Shown here: one piece after another, positions 38,394-48,325 of the stretch
Layout: every line of letters starts with the position of its first letter
Position numbering within the stretch: position 1 is the first letter of the stretch
Source of the DNA: Candidatus Eiseniibacteriota bacterium
GTDB lineage: Bacteria; Eisenbacteria; RBG-16-71-46
DNA length: 64,000 nt
Direction: 5' to 3'
Assembly: GCA_044223005.1 (NCBI GenBank)
Contig: JBGAML010000018.1
Coordinates: 32,001 to 96,000, forward strand
Translations under genes and position numbers: made by a program
Notes under the pieces: model-generated
The model's database searches: none
What the model was told of the DNA's origin: nothing
The model's input: the letters and a program-made list of their open reading frames with translations, nothing else

Positions 38394-39971
38394 TCACGAG
38401 GGTCGTGTGGTGAGCGCCCGCAGCGCGGCGGGCATGCGTTCGGCGACGTCGCCCGCCACCAGCCCGACGGGACCGATCTCCGCCGCGGCGCGGTCGCCCG
38501 CGACGCCGTGCGCGAAGACGCCGAGCCGCGCGGCGTCCCACGGCGCGAGTCCCTGCGCGAGCAGCGCCCCGATCACGCCCGTGAGCACGTCGCCCATGCC
38601 GGCCGTCGCCATGCCCGGGTTGCCGGTGGGATTGAGGCTCGCCGCACCGTCGGCGCGCGCGACGATCGTGGGCGCGCCCTTGAGCACGAGCACGCAGCCC
38701 CAGCGCTTCGCCCACTCGATCGCGACGTCGACGCGGCGCGCCTCGATCGCTTCGGCGGTCTCGCCGGTCAGCCGCGCCATCTCGCCGACGTGCGGCGTCA
38801 GCACGCGCGGCGCCGGTGCCGCGCGCAGCGCCGCGGCGAGGTCCGCCTGCTCCGGCGCGAACGCGGCGAGCGCGTCGGCGTCGAGCACGAGCGGGCGATC
38901 CACGCGGGCGACGAGCGTGCGCGCGAGCGCGAGCGCGTCGGCGTGCCGCGAGAAGCCCGGGCCGACCGCGACGGCGTGCGCGCGCGCGGCCTCGGCGAGC
39001 AGCGCGGGCGCCGCGGCCTCGGACAGCGTGCGCTCGGCGCTCTCGGCGCACGGCACCGGCATCGCCTCGAGCAGTTGCGCCGCGAGCACGTCCACGAGGC
39101 TCGCCGGCGCGGCGACGCGCACGTAGCCCGCGCCCGTGCGGCACGCGGCGCGCGCGGCGAGGATCGCGGCGCCGGCCATGCCCACGGCGCCGCCCACGAC
39201 GAGCAGCCGGCCCGCGGTGCCCTTGTGCGCGCGGTGGTCGCGCGGGCGCAGCGCGCGGCCGAGCTCGAAGCCGTCCGCGACCTCGACGCCGGTCACGCCC
39301 GCGGCGGCCGCGGGCACGAGGCCGATGTCGACGAGCTCGAGCGCGCCGCAGTGCGCGCGGCCGGGAAAGAGCAGCTGGCCGCGCTTGAGCTCGGCGAACG
39401 TCACGGTGAGGTCCGCGGCGACCGCGCCGGGTGCGGCGGCGCCGTCGTCGGCGGAGACGCCGGTCGGCAGGTCCACCGCGACGACGCGCGTACCGCGCGC
39501 GCGCAGGCGGCGGAGCGCCTGGGACGCGGCCGCGATCGCGCCCTGCAGCGGGCCGCTGGCGCCGGTACCGAGCAGTGCGTCGAACGCCCAGTCCCAGCGG
39601 TCCGGGACGTCGGCGAGCGCCGCGATCGCGGCGGGATCCTCGACGAACTCCGCGCGCAGCCCCGCGCCCTCCAGCAGGCCGAGGTGCGCGAGCGCATCGC
39701 CGCGCACCTTCGCGCGCGGGGCGGCGACCACCACCCGCACGCGCGCGCCCGCCGCGTGCAGGTGGCGCGCGGCGACGTAGCCGTCGCCACCGTTGTTGCC
39801 CGGGCCGCAGAGCACGAGCGCGCGCAGCGCGAGCGGCGAGCCGAAGTGCTTCGCGGCACCGTGCGCGACGCCGCGGCCGGCGCGCTCCATGAGCTCCTCG
39901 CCGGGCACGTGGCCGCCGTCGATCGTCGCGCGGTCGAGCGCGCGCATCTCGGCGGCCGTCAACGCGAGCAC
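38394..39971 (-). CDS. nnr: Bifunctional NAD(P)HX epimerase/dehydratase (YjeF)
   Basis: LMERAG, GPGNNGGDG, DALLGTG, VDLPTG, HKG, GPG, DADAL, TPH.GE, LKG, AGMGDVL.G. Confidence 0.94.
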   Translation of the reverse strand: MLALTAAEMRALDRATIDGGHVPGEELMERAGRGVAHGAAKHFGSPLALRALVLCGPGNNGGDGYVAARHLHAAGARVRVVVAAPRAKVRGDALAHLGLLEGAGLRAEFVEDPAAIAALADVPDRWDWAFDALLGTGASGPLQGAIAAASQALRRLRARGTRVVAVDLPTGVSADDGAAAPGAVAADLTVTFAELKRGQLLFPGRAHCGALELVDIGLVPAAAAGVTGVEVADGFELGRALRPRDHRAHKGTAGRLLVVGGAVGMAGAAILAARAACRTGAGYVRVAAPASLVDVLAAQLLEAMPVPCAESAERTLSEAAAPALLAEAARAHAVAVGPGFSRHADALALARTLVARVDRPLVLDADALAAFAPEQADLAAALRAAPAPRVLTPHVGEMARLTGETAEAIEARRVDVAIEWAKRWGCVLVLKGAPTIVARADGAASLNPTGNPGMATAGMGDVLTGVIGALLAQGLAPWDAARLGVFAHGVAGDRAAAEIGPVGLVAGDVAERMPAALRALTTRPS

Positions 39972-39987
39972 GGGTCCTCCGCGGGGT

Positions 39988-40326
39988 TCAGCGCCGGCGG
40001 CCGCGACCGCGTGCGTCCGAGCCCAGGTCGCGGACGAGGATGCGCTTGTATTCCGGATCGCGCTCCACGCGCGCGACCAGGTCCGGATCCGAGGACAGGA
40101 ACGGCAGGTCGAAGAGTGCCGGCTCGGCTTCCTGCTCGGTGTAGATGCGCTCCTGCTCGTGCCGCTGGTGCTGGACGGCGCGCTCGATGTTGTCGAACGC
40201 CTTGCCCGGGTGGAACGTGCCGTTGAAGACGTCGAACACGTAGACGTGGATCTTCTCGTCCGCCTTCACGCCCTCCGGGGGCGCGTACACCTTGGCGCGA
40301 GCCGCGCGGATCTTCCCTCCGGACAT
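39988..40326 (-). CDS. Hypothetical protein (112 aa)
   Basis: Coding-like codon use, AAGGAGG RBS, start overlaps the HAD gene stop. No family recognised. Confidence 0.7.
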   Translation of the reverse strand: MSGGKIRAARAKVYAPPEGVKADEKIHVYVFDVFNGTFHPGKAFDNIERAVQHQRHEQERIYTEQEAEPALFDLPFLSSDPDLVARVERDPEYKRILVRDLGSDARGRGRRR

Positions 40327-41063
40327 CAGCCCTCCTTTGCCGTCGCGCTTCCGCCGGAAGCGCCGTGGATGCGATCGACGATCGTGACCAGCTCCAGCAG
40401 GTCGTCGATATCGTGATCGGCGCCCGAGACCTTCGTGTCGAAGGTGTCTCCGTAGCGCGCGAACACCGTGGTCATGCCCAGGCTCCTGCCGCCGACGACG
40501 TCGCGTTCCGCCCAGTCGCCGATCATCATCGCTTCGGCCGGCTCGACGCCGAGCCGCCGCAGCACTTCACGGAACGGCGCAGCGGCCGGCTTGCGCTCGC
40601 CCGTGTCGTCGAACGTGACGACCGCGTCGAACACGTGCTGCAGCCCGAGCGCGCAGAGGCGCATCCAGACCTGCAGCCGCGGGGCGTCCGAGACGACGCC
40701 CAGCTTGATGCCACGCTTCACCAGCTCCAGCAGCACGAGCTGTGCGTGCGGGTACAGCACCAGCTCCGACTCGCGCGCGCGCCGGTAGGCGACGATGCCC
40801 GACGCGAGGATCTTCGGGTCCACTTCGCCGAACTCGCGCTGCAGAAGCTCGTCGAAGACGCGCTGGAACTCGAGCCCCTGCTCGCGGTAGATGGCATCCA
40901 CGCGCTCGCGCACCTGCGCCCGCGGGAGGCGGAAGCCGGCGTCGATCATGCCGTCGATGGCGGCGTTGATCGCGGCTTCCTTCATCTTCATGAAGTCCGT
41001 GAGCGTGTTGTCCAGGTCGAAGACGATCGCCCGGATCTTGCGCGTCGCGCTCGTTCCGCTCAC
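40326..41063 (-). CDS. HAD-superfamily hydrolase (class IA)
   Basis: FDLDNTL, VVSD, KP, MIGDWAERDV.G. Confidence 0.9.
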   Translation of the reverse strand: MSGTSATRKIRAIVFDLDNTLTDFMKMKEAAINAAIDGMIDAGFRLPRAQVRERVDAIYREQGLEFQRVFDELLQREFGEVDPKILASGIVAYRRARESELVLYPHAQLVLLELVKRGIKLGVVSDAPRLQVWMRLCALGLQHVFDAVVTFDDTGERKPAAAPFREVLRRLGVEPAEAMMIGDWAERDVVGGRSLGMTTVFARYGDTFDTKVSGADHDIDDLLELVTIVDRIHGASGGSATAKEG

Positions 41064-41248
41064 TTGGTCGAGGGCCCCACGGTCCGGCCCAGGCTGATCT
41101 CGCCGTTGTCGATGCGCAGGTTGAACCCGCAACTCGGGTTGTTGCACACCCAGGCCTTGTAGGTGATCGGCGCACCGTCCCGACCGTAATCCGACAGCGG
41201 CAGCAACACGCCTTTACCGCACTTGGCGCACGCCGGATACGCTTCCAT
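41060..41248 (-). CDS. Small zinc-ribbon-like protein (62 aa)
   Basis: MEAYPACAKCGKG...WVCNNPSCGF (CxxC...CxxxxC). GGAGGGG RBS; stop overlaps the HAD start. Confidence 0.8.
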   Translation of the reverse strand: MEAYPACAKCGKGVLLPLSDYGRDGAPITYKAWVCNNPSCGFNLRIDNGEISLGRTVGPSTK

Positions 41249-41522
41249 CCCAATCCCCTCCCCGTGACGCGACCGCGGGGCGCGATCGCTCGACGCTATT
41301 CTCGCGAGCCGGCGCCGGAACTGTCCAGCGGATTTCCGGCGGCCGATTCCCCCTCCGGCGCATCCGCCGTCGCACCGGTTTTCGGCCGCGGACGGCGCCG
41401 CCTGCAGCACACCCGGGAGCTTCGATCCGCGGGGGAGGAGATGACAAGCGGGCGTGATCTCTGGCCGGCGTTCCGGATTCGCGCTTGACCGGAACCGTGC
41501 CGCTGCACGACAAATCGCGCGC

Positions 41523-42713
41523 ATGTCCCTTCCGATCGCCTTCTCGCCGCTCCGTCGCGGGGCCGCCCTCGCGGTGCTGGGGATCGCGTGCGCGCTCGTC
41601 GCCCTGTCCGCGGTTTCCGCCGGGGCGCAGGTGCTCAAGCCGTGGTCGCCCCCGGGTGACACGCTCTCGCCGCTCGCCCGTTCCGCCCGCCTGCGCTTCG
41701 AGCGCCAGCAGGGCGACTCGGTGACCGGCCCCAACTACGACGGCTACCAGATCGTCGGCGACCTCGGGCAGCGCCTGCTCGCGGCGCTCGGCCGCGCGCA
41801 CTTCTCGCAGGCGAAGGCGGTCGAGGCGACGCTCGATTCGCTCGGCCTCGACGTGCAGGTGGCGACCGATCCCGACCTGCCGCACATCGTGTTCATGCTG
41901 GTCCGCAATCCCTTCCACCGCACGGGGCAGGCGGTCGGCTACTTCTACTGGGTGGCGAACAAGGACGTGCGCATGCAGGGCGTGACGTTCCCGCCCGCGC
42001 ACGACGTCCGCCTGCGCGCGTGGAACACCGGCCGCGCCCAGACGCCCTATGCGGCGATGCTGCTCTACCAGCGCGAGGGCGAAAAGCCCGCGCTCGCGAT
42101 GCGCCTCCTCCGCATGGATCCGAGCGCGCAGTTCTGGGACCTGGTCCAGTACGACGGCCACGGACCGGAGTTCGCTCCCGGTGCGCGCGCGAGCTTCGTG
42201 GACGTCAACACCGACGGCGCGCCGGAGCTGGCCGTGTTCGAGCGCATGGATCCCGATTCGTTCCTCGTGATCCGCGCGGGCATGCCGCCGATCGTGCGCG
42301 AGTACCTCTACACCGAGCGCCCCGAGGGCTTCGTGCTCCACGACCTGCGCTCGGTGCCCGGTCCCATGGAGACGCTGCGGCTCTTCACGCTGTTGCTCGC
42401 CGACAAGCAGTACGATCGCGCGCGCCGGCTGCTGGTGCGGCCCGCGTCGCTCGACACGCTGCTCCAGCTCGGCTGGGGCAAGCACACCGAGCGCGGCGCG
42501 TGGACGGTGGAGTACGGCGAACCGGAACAGCAGTGGCCCGAGTGGGTCGAGCTGCGCGTGCACGAGGACGCCGGGATCAAGCGCTGGATCGTGCACTTCT
42601 GGATCGAGGACGGCCGCTGGGTGATCAAGAACTGGATCCCGGTGCAGCCCCGACGCAACCCGGTGCGGGTCGAGGTGCCGCCCGCCGACACCACCCGGAC
42701 GGAGAAGCGATGA
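41523..42713 (+). CDS. Exported hypothetical protein (paralog A)
   Basis: Signal peptide ending AGA-Q, strong coding bias, colinear similarity to the downstream gene. Confidence 0.8.
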   Translation: MSLPIAFSPLRRGAALAVLGIACALVALSAVSAGAQVLKPWSPPGDTLSPLARSARLRFERQQGDSVTGPNYDGYQIVGDLGQRLLAALGRAHFSQAKAVEATLDSLGLDVQVATDPDLPHIVFMLVRNPFHRTGQAVGYFYWVANKDVRMQGVTFPPAHDVRLRAWNTGRAQTPYAAMLLYQREGEKPALAMRLLRMDPSAQFWDLVQYDGHGPEFAPGARASFVDVNTDGAPELAVFERMDPDSFLVIRAGMPPIVREYLYTERPEGFVLHDLRSVPGPMETLRLFTLLLADKQYDRARRLLVRPASLDTLLQLGWGKHTERGAWTVEYGEPEQQWPEWVELRVHEDAGIKRWIVHFWIEDGRWVIKNWIPVQPRRNPVRVEVPPADTTRTEKR

Positions 42714-43783
42714 CGCCCCCGCGCCGCGTTCCCACCCGCCTCGTCACGTTCGTCCTCGCCTGCGCCTGCGCGGCCGCGGGCTGCCAGCGCCGGCCGCACC
42801 TCGTGCCCGCCGGCGCCGACTCCACGCAGGCCGTGGCGGATTCGTTCACGGTCAGCGCGCGCGCCGCGACGGACCGCTGGGAGAGCGGCATGAACGAGGA
42901 AGCCGCGCCCTTCACGGCGCGCGCGCTGCGCGAGGTGCTGCAGGTGCGCCCGAACGCGCCGTGGGCGGACCGCATGCGCGGCGTGCTCGATTCGCTCGGC
43001 ATCGCGGCCGAGGTCGCGGGCGACGAACGCGCGGCGGCGGCCAACCTGTTCTCGCGCGCCGAGCCCGAGGGCGACTCGTGGCCCTGGCTCTTCTGGCGCG
43101 AGAAGGACGGCGTGCACTTCCAGGCCGTCGAGGGCCACGGCATGCATCTCGAGCAGCTCGTCACGCGCGGCTTCGGCGCGGCGAGCCAGCCGTCCGACAC
43201 CGCGCGCGCCGCGGGTCTGTTCGCGAAGCGCGTCGGCGGCGGCCGGCAGCCGGTGCTCGTGACGTGGAAGTACGCGCACGGCCGCTGGGACCTGGCGCAG
43301 ACGCTGGGACCGGATTCGCTCGGTGGCACGGGCTCGGGCGAGTTCGTGCTCGTGGACAGCAGCCTCGCGCTCACCGTGCGCACCTACCGGCCGACGCCCT
43401 TCTTCGACGAGTGCGCGACCTGCCCGCACGTCTTCCACGAGCGCGAGTACCGCTGGACGCTCGCCGGGTTCAAGCTCGCGGACGACCAGACGGTGCCGTC
43501 GCCCTACACGACGTTCACGTCGTTCATCGCGGCGCTGGTCGCCGACGATCGCGACCGGGCCAGCGGCCTCGTCACCGACCACTCGCTCGTGGACTTCGCG
43601 CGCCGCTTCGCCTGGCAGGACGCCGGCCGTGGCCGCTGGCGCATCGCGCCCTCGAGCGACGAGGGCGGCATGGAACTGGTGTTCCTGCGCGGCGCCACGG
43701 ACGCCTACCGCGTGCGCTTCGAGCCGCGCGACGGCGACTGGGTGATCGCGGGCTTCGAGCCCACCACGCGCGCGCTGGAATAG
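42710..43783 (+). CDS. Hypothetical lipoprotein (paralog B)
   Basis: Lipobox AAG-C, ATGA overlap with paralog A, contains ECATCPH. Confidence 0.8.
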   Translation: MTPPRRVPTRLVTFVLACACAAAGCQRRPHLVPAGADSTQAVADSFTVSARAATDRWESGMNEEAAPFTARALREVLQVRPNAPWADRMRGVLDSLGIAAEVAGDERAAAANLFSRAEPEGDSWPWLFWREKDGVHFQAVEGHGMHLEQLVTRGFGAASQPSDTARAAGLFAKRVGGGRQPVLVTWKYAHGRWDLAQTLGPDSLGGTGSGEFVLVDSSLALTVRTYRPTPFFDECATCPHVFHEREYRWTLAGFKLADDQTVPSPYTTFTSFIAALVADDRDRASGLVTDHSLVDFARRFAWQDAGRGRWRIAPSSDEGGMELVFLRGATDAYRVRFEPRDGDWVIAGFEPTTRALE

Positions 43784-43944
43784 CGGTTCCCGCGCCGCGC
43801 GCGGCGCCCCGGATCGGGTGTGGACTCCGGCCGCCTGCCCGGGCATACTGCCCATCCGTGCAGTAGCCCGCCGCGGCCCGACCCGCGGCACCCCGAACTC
43901 ACCCTGGCCCGCCGCGTCACGCCCGGCGATCCGGAGCGCTCCGC

Positions 43945-46356
43945 ATGCAGGTGACTCCCGCCCGCTTCCTCGCCCCCGACGACACGCCGCCGCGCTCGCT
44001 CGCGCACTGGCTCGCCGCGTTCGCGAACCGCCCCGAGAACCGCGGCGCGCTCGTCCACTGGCAGACGCTCCCCGCGCGGCCCGCGCGCCACGGTGAGCTG
44101 CTGCCCGAGCTGCCGCGCGCGCTGGTGACCGCGCTCGGCGCGCGCGGCATCGAGCGGCTCTACACGCACCAGGTGCGCGCCGTGGAATCGCTGCGCGCCG
44201 GGCACGACACGGTGATCGTCACCGGCACCGCGAGCGGCAAGAGCCTCTGCTTCCACGTGCCCGTGCTCGAGCGGCTGCTCGAGGAACCGGACGCGACCGC
44301 GCTCTACCTGTTCCCGACCAAGGCGCTCGCGCAGGACCAGCTCAAGAGCGTCACGCGCCTCGCGGCCGGCGATCTCGAACTCGCGGGCGTGCTGCACGCG
44401 GGTGTGTACGACGGCGATACGGCGACGGGCACGCGGCGCAAGCTGCGCGAGCAGGCGAACCTGATCCTCTCGAACCCCGACATGCTGCACGCGGGGATCC
44501 TGCCGCAGCACCCCAAGTGGGCGCGCTTCCTGCGTTCGCTGCGCTACGTGGTGATCGACGAGATGCACGCGTACCGCGGCATCTTCGGCAGTCACGTCGC
44601 CAACGTGCTGCGCCGGCTCGAGCGGCTCGTGCGCCACTACGGCGGCGACTTCCGCTACGTGCTCTGCAGCGCCACGATCCGCAATCCGGGCCCGCTCGCC
44701 GCGGCGCTCACGGGGCGGGAGGTCGAGGTCGTCGACGACGACGGCGCGCCGCGCGGCGAGAAGCACTTCGTGTTCTGGAACCCGCCGTGGCGCGACGACA
44801 CGCGCGTCGAACGGCGCTCGTCCAACGTCGAGGGCTGCCAGCTGCTCGCGGGGCTGATCGAGGAGGGCGCGCAGGCGATCGCGTTCACCAAGTCGCGCGT
44901 CTCGGCCGAGCTCGTCTACCGCTACACGCGCGAACAGCTCGAACGCGCGCGGCCGCGGCGCGGCGCGGTGCCCGCGGACCTCGCGGGCGCGCCGCTGCAC
45001 GAGCGGCTCAAGCCCTATCGCGGCGGCTACCTGCCCGAGGAGCGGCGCGCGATCGAGCAGGCGCTGTTCTCGGGCGAGCTGCGCGGCGTCGTCTCCACCA
45101 ACGCGCTCGAGCTGGGGATCGACGTCGGCGGGCTCGACGCCGCGGTGCTGATCGGCGCGGCGCCGACGCTCGCGAGCATCTGGCAGCAGGCCGGGCGCGC
45201 CGGGCGGAGCGGCACGCCGAGCGTGGTGATCCTGGTGGCGTACAACGACACCGTGGACCAGTACCTCATGCGCCGGCCCGGCTACTTCTTCGACCGCTCG
45301 CCGGAGGCCGCGTGCGTGGACCCGCACAACCCCTACATCCTCGCGCAGCAGCTCGCGTGCGCCGCCTACGAGCTGCCGATCGCGCCCGAGGACGCGGAGG
45401 CGTTCGGGCCGCAGGTGTCCGACGTGCTCGCCGCGCTCGAGGAAGCGGGGGAGACGCGCACGATCGACGAGCGCGCCTACTGGGCGAAGAGCGACTTCCC
45501 AGGCGCGAAGGTGTCCCTGCGCACCATGGGCGACAACACGTTCACGATCCAGGACGCGCACCGCAATCACGCCGTGATCGGCACCGTGGACGCGATCAGC
45601 GGCCTCGAACTGGTCTACCCCGAGGCGATCTACCTGCACGAGGGCGAGAGCTACTTCGTGAAATCGCTCGACCTCGAGCAGAAGATCGCGACCGTCGAGC
45701 CGCGCGAGGTGGACTACTACACGCAGCCCGTGCTCGACACGAACATCCGCGTGCGCGGCGAGCTGCACGCGCGCGACTGGGCGGGCGAGCGGACGAGCTT
45801 CGGCGAGGTCACGTACTCGTGGCAGGTGATCGCCATGAAGAAGATCCGCTACCGCTCGCTGGACGCGATCGGCTACCACCCGCTCGAACTGCCGCGGCTC
45901 ACGCTCGACACCGCCGGCTTCTGGCTCGCGCCGCGCGAGGAGACGTGGCGGGCGCTCGCGGTGGCGGGCCACAACCCGTGGGAGGCGCTCTCGGGCGTGC
46001 GCAACCTGTTCGTCACATTGTTGCCGCTCATGGCGATGTGCGACCCGTCCGACCTGGGTGGCATGATCGACTCGTCGAACCTCGGCCGGCCGGGGATCTT
46101 CCTCTTCGATCGCTATCCCGGCGGCCTCGGCTTCGCCGAGCAGGGCTGGGCGCGCCTGGACGAACTGGCCGCCGCGGCGCTCTCGCACCTCGTCGGCTGC
46201 CCGTGCGGCGACGGCTGCCCCGCGTGCGTGGGCACGCCCATCTACCGGCCCGCGCAGCAGCAGGACCTCGACGCGATGAAGCACGCGCGCGAGATCCCGG
46301 GCAAGGCGGCGACGCGGTGGCTGCTGGAACGCTGGACGGGAGAGGCCGGGCGGTGA
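43945..46356 (+). CDS. DEAH-box helicase with C-terminal DUF1998/Cys cluster (MrfA/YprA/SftH/Hrq1-like)
   Basis: TGTASGKS, PTKALAQDQ, NPDMLH, DEMH.YRG.FGSH, SAT, TNALELGID, Q.AGRAGR, CD..D, CPC.DGCPAC. Confidence 0.92.
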   Translation: MQVTPARFLAPDDTPPRSLAHWLAAFANRPENRGALVHWQTLPARPARHGELLPELPRALVTALGARGIERLYTHQVRAVESLRAGHDTVIVTGTASGKSLCFHVPVLERLLEEPDATALYLFPTKALAQDQLKSVTRLAAGDLELAGVLHAGVYDGDTATGTRRKLREQANLILSNPDMLHAGILPQHPKWARFLRSLRYVVIDEMHAYRGIFGSHVANVLRRLERLVRHYGGDFRYVLCSATIRNPGPLAAALTGREVEVVDDDGAPRGEKHFVFWNPPWRDDTRVERRSSNVEGCQLLAGLIEEGAQAIAFTKSRVSAELVYRYTREQLERARPRRGAVPADLAGAPLHERLKPYRGGYLPEERRAIEQALFSGELRGVVSTNALELGIDVGGLDAAVLIGAAPTLASIWQQAGRAGRSGTPSVVILVAYNDTVDQYLMRRPGYFFDRSPEAACVDPHNPYILAQQLACAAYELPIAPEDAEAFGPQVSDVLAALEEAGETRTIDERAYWAKSDFPGAKVSLRTMGDNTFTIQDAHRNHAVIGTVDAISGLELVYPEAIYLHEGESYFVKSLDLEQKIATVEPREVDYYTQPVLDTNIRVRGELHARDWAGERTSFGEVTYSWQVIAMKKIRYRSLDAIGYHPLELPRLTLDTAGFWLAPREETWRALAVAGHNPWEALSGVRNLFVTLLPLMAMCDPSDLGGMIDSSNLGRPGIFLFDRYPGGLGFAEQGWARLDELAAAALSHLVGCPCGDGCPACVGTPIYRPAQQQDLDAMKHAREIPGKAATRWLLERWTGEAGR

Positions 46357-46495
46357 GCACCCGGCCGGGCGTGCCGGCGGCCGCTCCGGGCGGGCGGTGC
46401 CGAAACCGGGAAAGTTCCCTAGACTGTCCGGCCTCGCGCGCGCGCCGGCGTTCCGCCATGGCCGCCGCGCCCTCCCGAACGATCCGAGGAAAGGC

Positions 46496-47254
46496 ATGAC
46501 CACCGAGCACGATTGGCCCGTCGCGTTCTTCGACGACGACTACCTCCGCATCTACCGCCCCACGTTCACGCCCGAGCGCACGACCGCCGAGGTGGACTTC
46601 ATCCAGGACTCGCTTGCGCTCCCGAGCGGCGCCGCCGTTCTCGACCTCGCCTGCGGCGTCGGCCGCCACGCGATCGGCATGGCCGGCCGCGGCTACCGCG
46701 TGACGGGTGTCGACTTCAACGCGCAGTACCTCGCGATCGGCGCCGCCGAGGCGAAGACCGCGGGCGTCGACGTGACGTGGGCCGCGGGCGACATGCGCGC
46801 CCTGGCGTTCGACGGCACGTTCGACGGCGCGTACTCCTACTTCACGTCGTTCGGCTACTACGACGACGAGGACAACGAGAAGGTGCTCGCCGGCATCGCG
46901 CGCGCGCTCAAGCCGGGCGGCCGCTTCCTCGTGGACGTCGTGAACCGCGACCACATCCTCGTGCACCCGAACCTGCGCACGTGGGCGCAGCGCGAGGACG
47001 GCGCACTGTTCATGGAGGAAGTGACGATCGACCTTCCGGGCTCGCGGGTCGTGAGCCGGCAGCAGCTGATCGACCCGAAGGGCGGGCCGCAGGTCTCGAA
47101 GGAGTACTCGCTGCGCGCGTACACGTGCGCGGAGCTGACGTCGCTGCTGCGGCGACACGGGCTGGTCGTGCGCGAGACGTGGGGCGGACCCGCGCGCGAG
47201 CCCTACGGCACCGAGAGCCGGCGGCTCGTGCTGGTGAGCGAGCGGCGCGCATGA
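46496..47254 (+). CDS. Class I SAM-dependent methyltransferase
   Basis: VLDLACGVGRH, GDMR, FTSFGY, LKPGG. Confidence 0.9.
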   Translation: MTTEHDWPVAFFDDDYLRIYRPTFTPERTTAEVDFIQDSLALPSGAAVLDLACGVGRHAIGMAGRGYRVTGVDFNAQYLAIGAAEAKTAGVDVTWAAGDMRALAFDGTFDGAYSYFTSFGYYDDEDNEKVLAGIARALKPGGRFLVDVVNRDHILVHPNLRTWAQREDGALFMEEVTIDLPGSRVVSRQQLIDPKGGPQVSKEYSLRAYTCAELTSLLRRHGLVVRETWGGPAREPYGTESRRLVLVSERRA

Positions 47255-48141
47255 CCGACGGCGCCGGCGACGGGCTGCGCGACCGGCTCGGCGAGCTGGT
47301 GCGCCGGCGCCGCGCCGGCGTGCTCGCGCCCGTGCCGACGGCGGCATCCGTGGCCGATGCGGCCGAGCCGGCCGCGCCGAAGCGCGCCGCGGCGCGCGCG
47401 CATCGCGGCGCGGCCGCGGGCGTCGAGGCGTTCCTGCCCGGCGGCGAGTGGCGCGACGCGCAGGGCCGCACGGTCTACGTGCACGAGCGGCTGCGCTCCG
47501 AGGTCGAGAAGCCGTACGCGCACTGGGGCCGGCTGCCCGAGCCGCCGCCGGGCCAGCCCGAGCTCGCGGCGATCGCGGCGCGGGGCCTCGAGCGCATGCT
47601 GTTCCTCGACCTCGAGACCTGCGGGCTGTCGTCGAGCCCGGTGTTCCTCGCGGGGACCATGCACTGGAACGGCGAGGATTTCGTGCTGCGGCAGTACTTC
47701 GCGCGCCACTACGGCGAGGAACCGGGGCTGCTCGCGGCCGTGCACGAGCAGGCGCGCGGCTTCGACATGCTCGTCACCTTCAACGGCAAGTCGTACGACG
47801 CGCCGTTCCTGCGCGCGCGCGCCCTCGTGCACGGCGTGCCGCTCGAGCTGCCGCGCCAGCACCTCGACCTGCTGCACCTCTCGCGCCGGCGCTGGAAGGG
47901 ACTGCTGCGCGACTGCAAGCTGCAGACGCTCGAGTACCACGTGTGCCGCCGCCGCCGCGTAGGCGACGTGCCGGGCGAGCAGGTGCCGGGCATCTACCAC
48001 GAGTACGTGAAGCGCGCCGATCCCTACGCGCTGGTGCCGGTCTTCCACCACAACCTGCTCGACGTGATCACCATGGCGGAGATCCTGCACGCGCTCTGCC
48101 TCCCGGCGCGCGACGAGCGCGTGGACGACTTCGGCGCCTGA
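47251..48141 (+). CDS. RNase H-like (DEDD) exonuclease, MrfB/YprB-like
   Basis: FLDLETCGL, VTFNGKSYD.P, HLDLLH, L..LE, HN..DV. ATGA overlap with the methyltransferase. Confidence 0.88.
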   Translation: MTDGAGDGLRDRLGELVRRRRAGVLAPVPTAASVADAAEPAAPKRAAARAHRGAAAGVEAFLPGGEWRDAQGRTVYVHERLRSEVEKPYAHWGRLPEPPPGQPELAAIAARGLERMLFLDLETCGLSSSPVFLAGTMHWNGEDFVLRQYFARHYGEEPGLLAAVHEQARGFDMLVTFNGKSYDAPFLRARALVHGVPLELPRQHLDLLHLSRRRWKGLLRDCKLQTLEYHVCRRRRVGDVPGEQVPGIYHEYVKRADPYALVPVFHHNLLDVITMAEILHALCLPARDERVDDFGA

Positions 48142-48272
48142 GCGGGCCGGGCACGAACGCGTTCGCCCGCCCGTCTCGCCTTCCGCCGCGCCGAATCGGG
48201 CAACCCGCCCGGCGGTGGCCGATTTCGGGCCGTTTCCCGCGGTTTTCGCGGGAGAACCTGCCATCTCGGCCG

Positions 48273-48302
48273 TTGACACGGTCTTTCCGGGCACGGGATA
48301 CT
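48273..48302 (+). promoter_or_regulatory. Putative promoter of the cold-shock-domain gene
   Basis: TTGACA, 18-nt spacer, GATACT, about 200 nt upstream of the ATG. Confidence 0.6.
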
Positions 48303-48325
48303 TCGGCCAGCCGTCCAGTCAGTCC

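Noticed and set aside
43405..43430. CATCPH as a c-type heme-binding motif
   Set aside because: It reads CxxCxH, not CxxCH, and no cytochrome context is present.
43945..48141. DISARM or Druantia-like defence system (DUF1998 helicase plus methyltransferase)
   Set aside because: The helicase is a single-chain MrfA/Hrq1 type, the methyltransferase lacks DNA-methyltransferase motifs, and there are no drmA/drmC/drmD partners.
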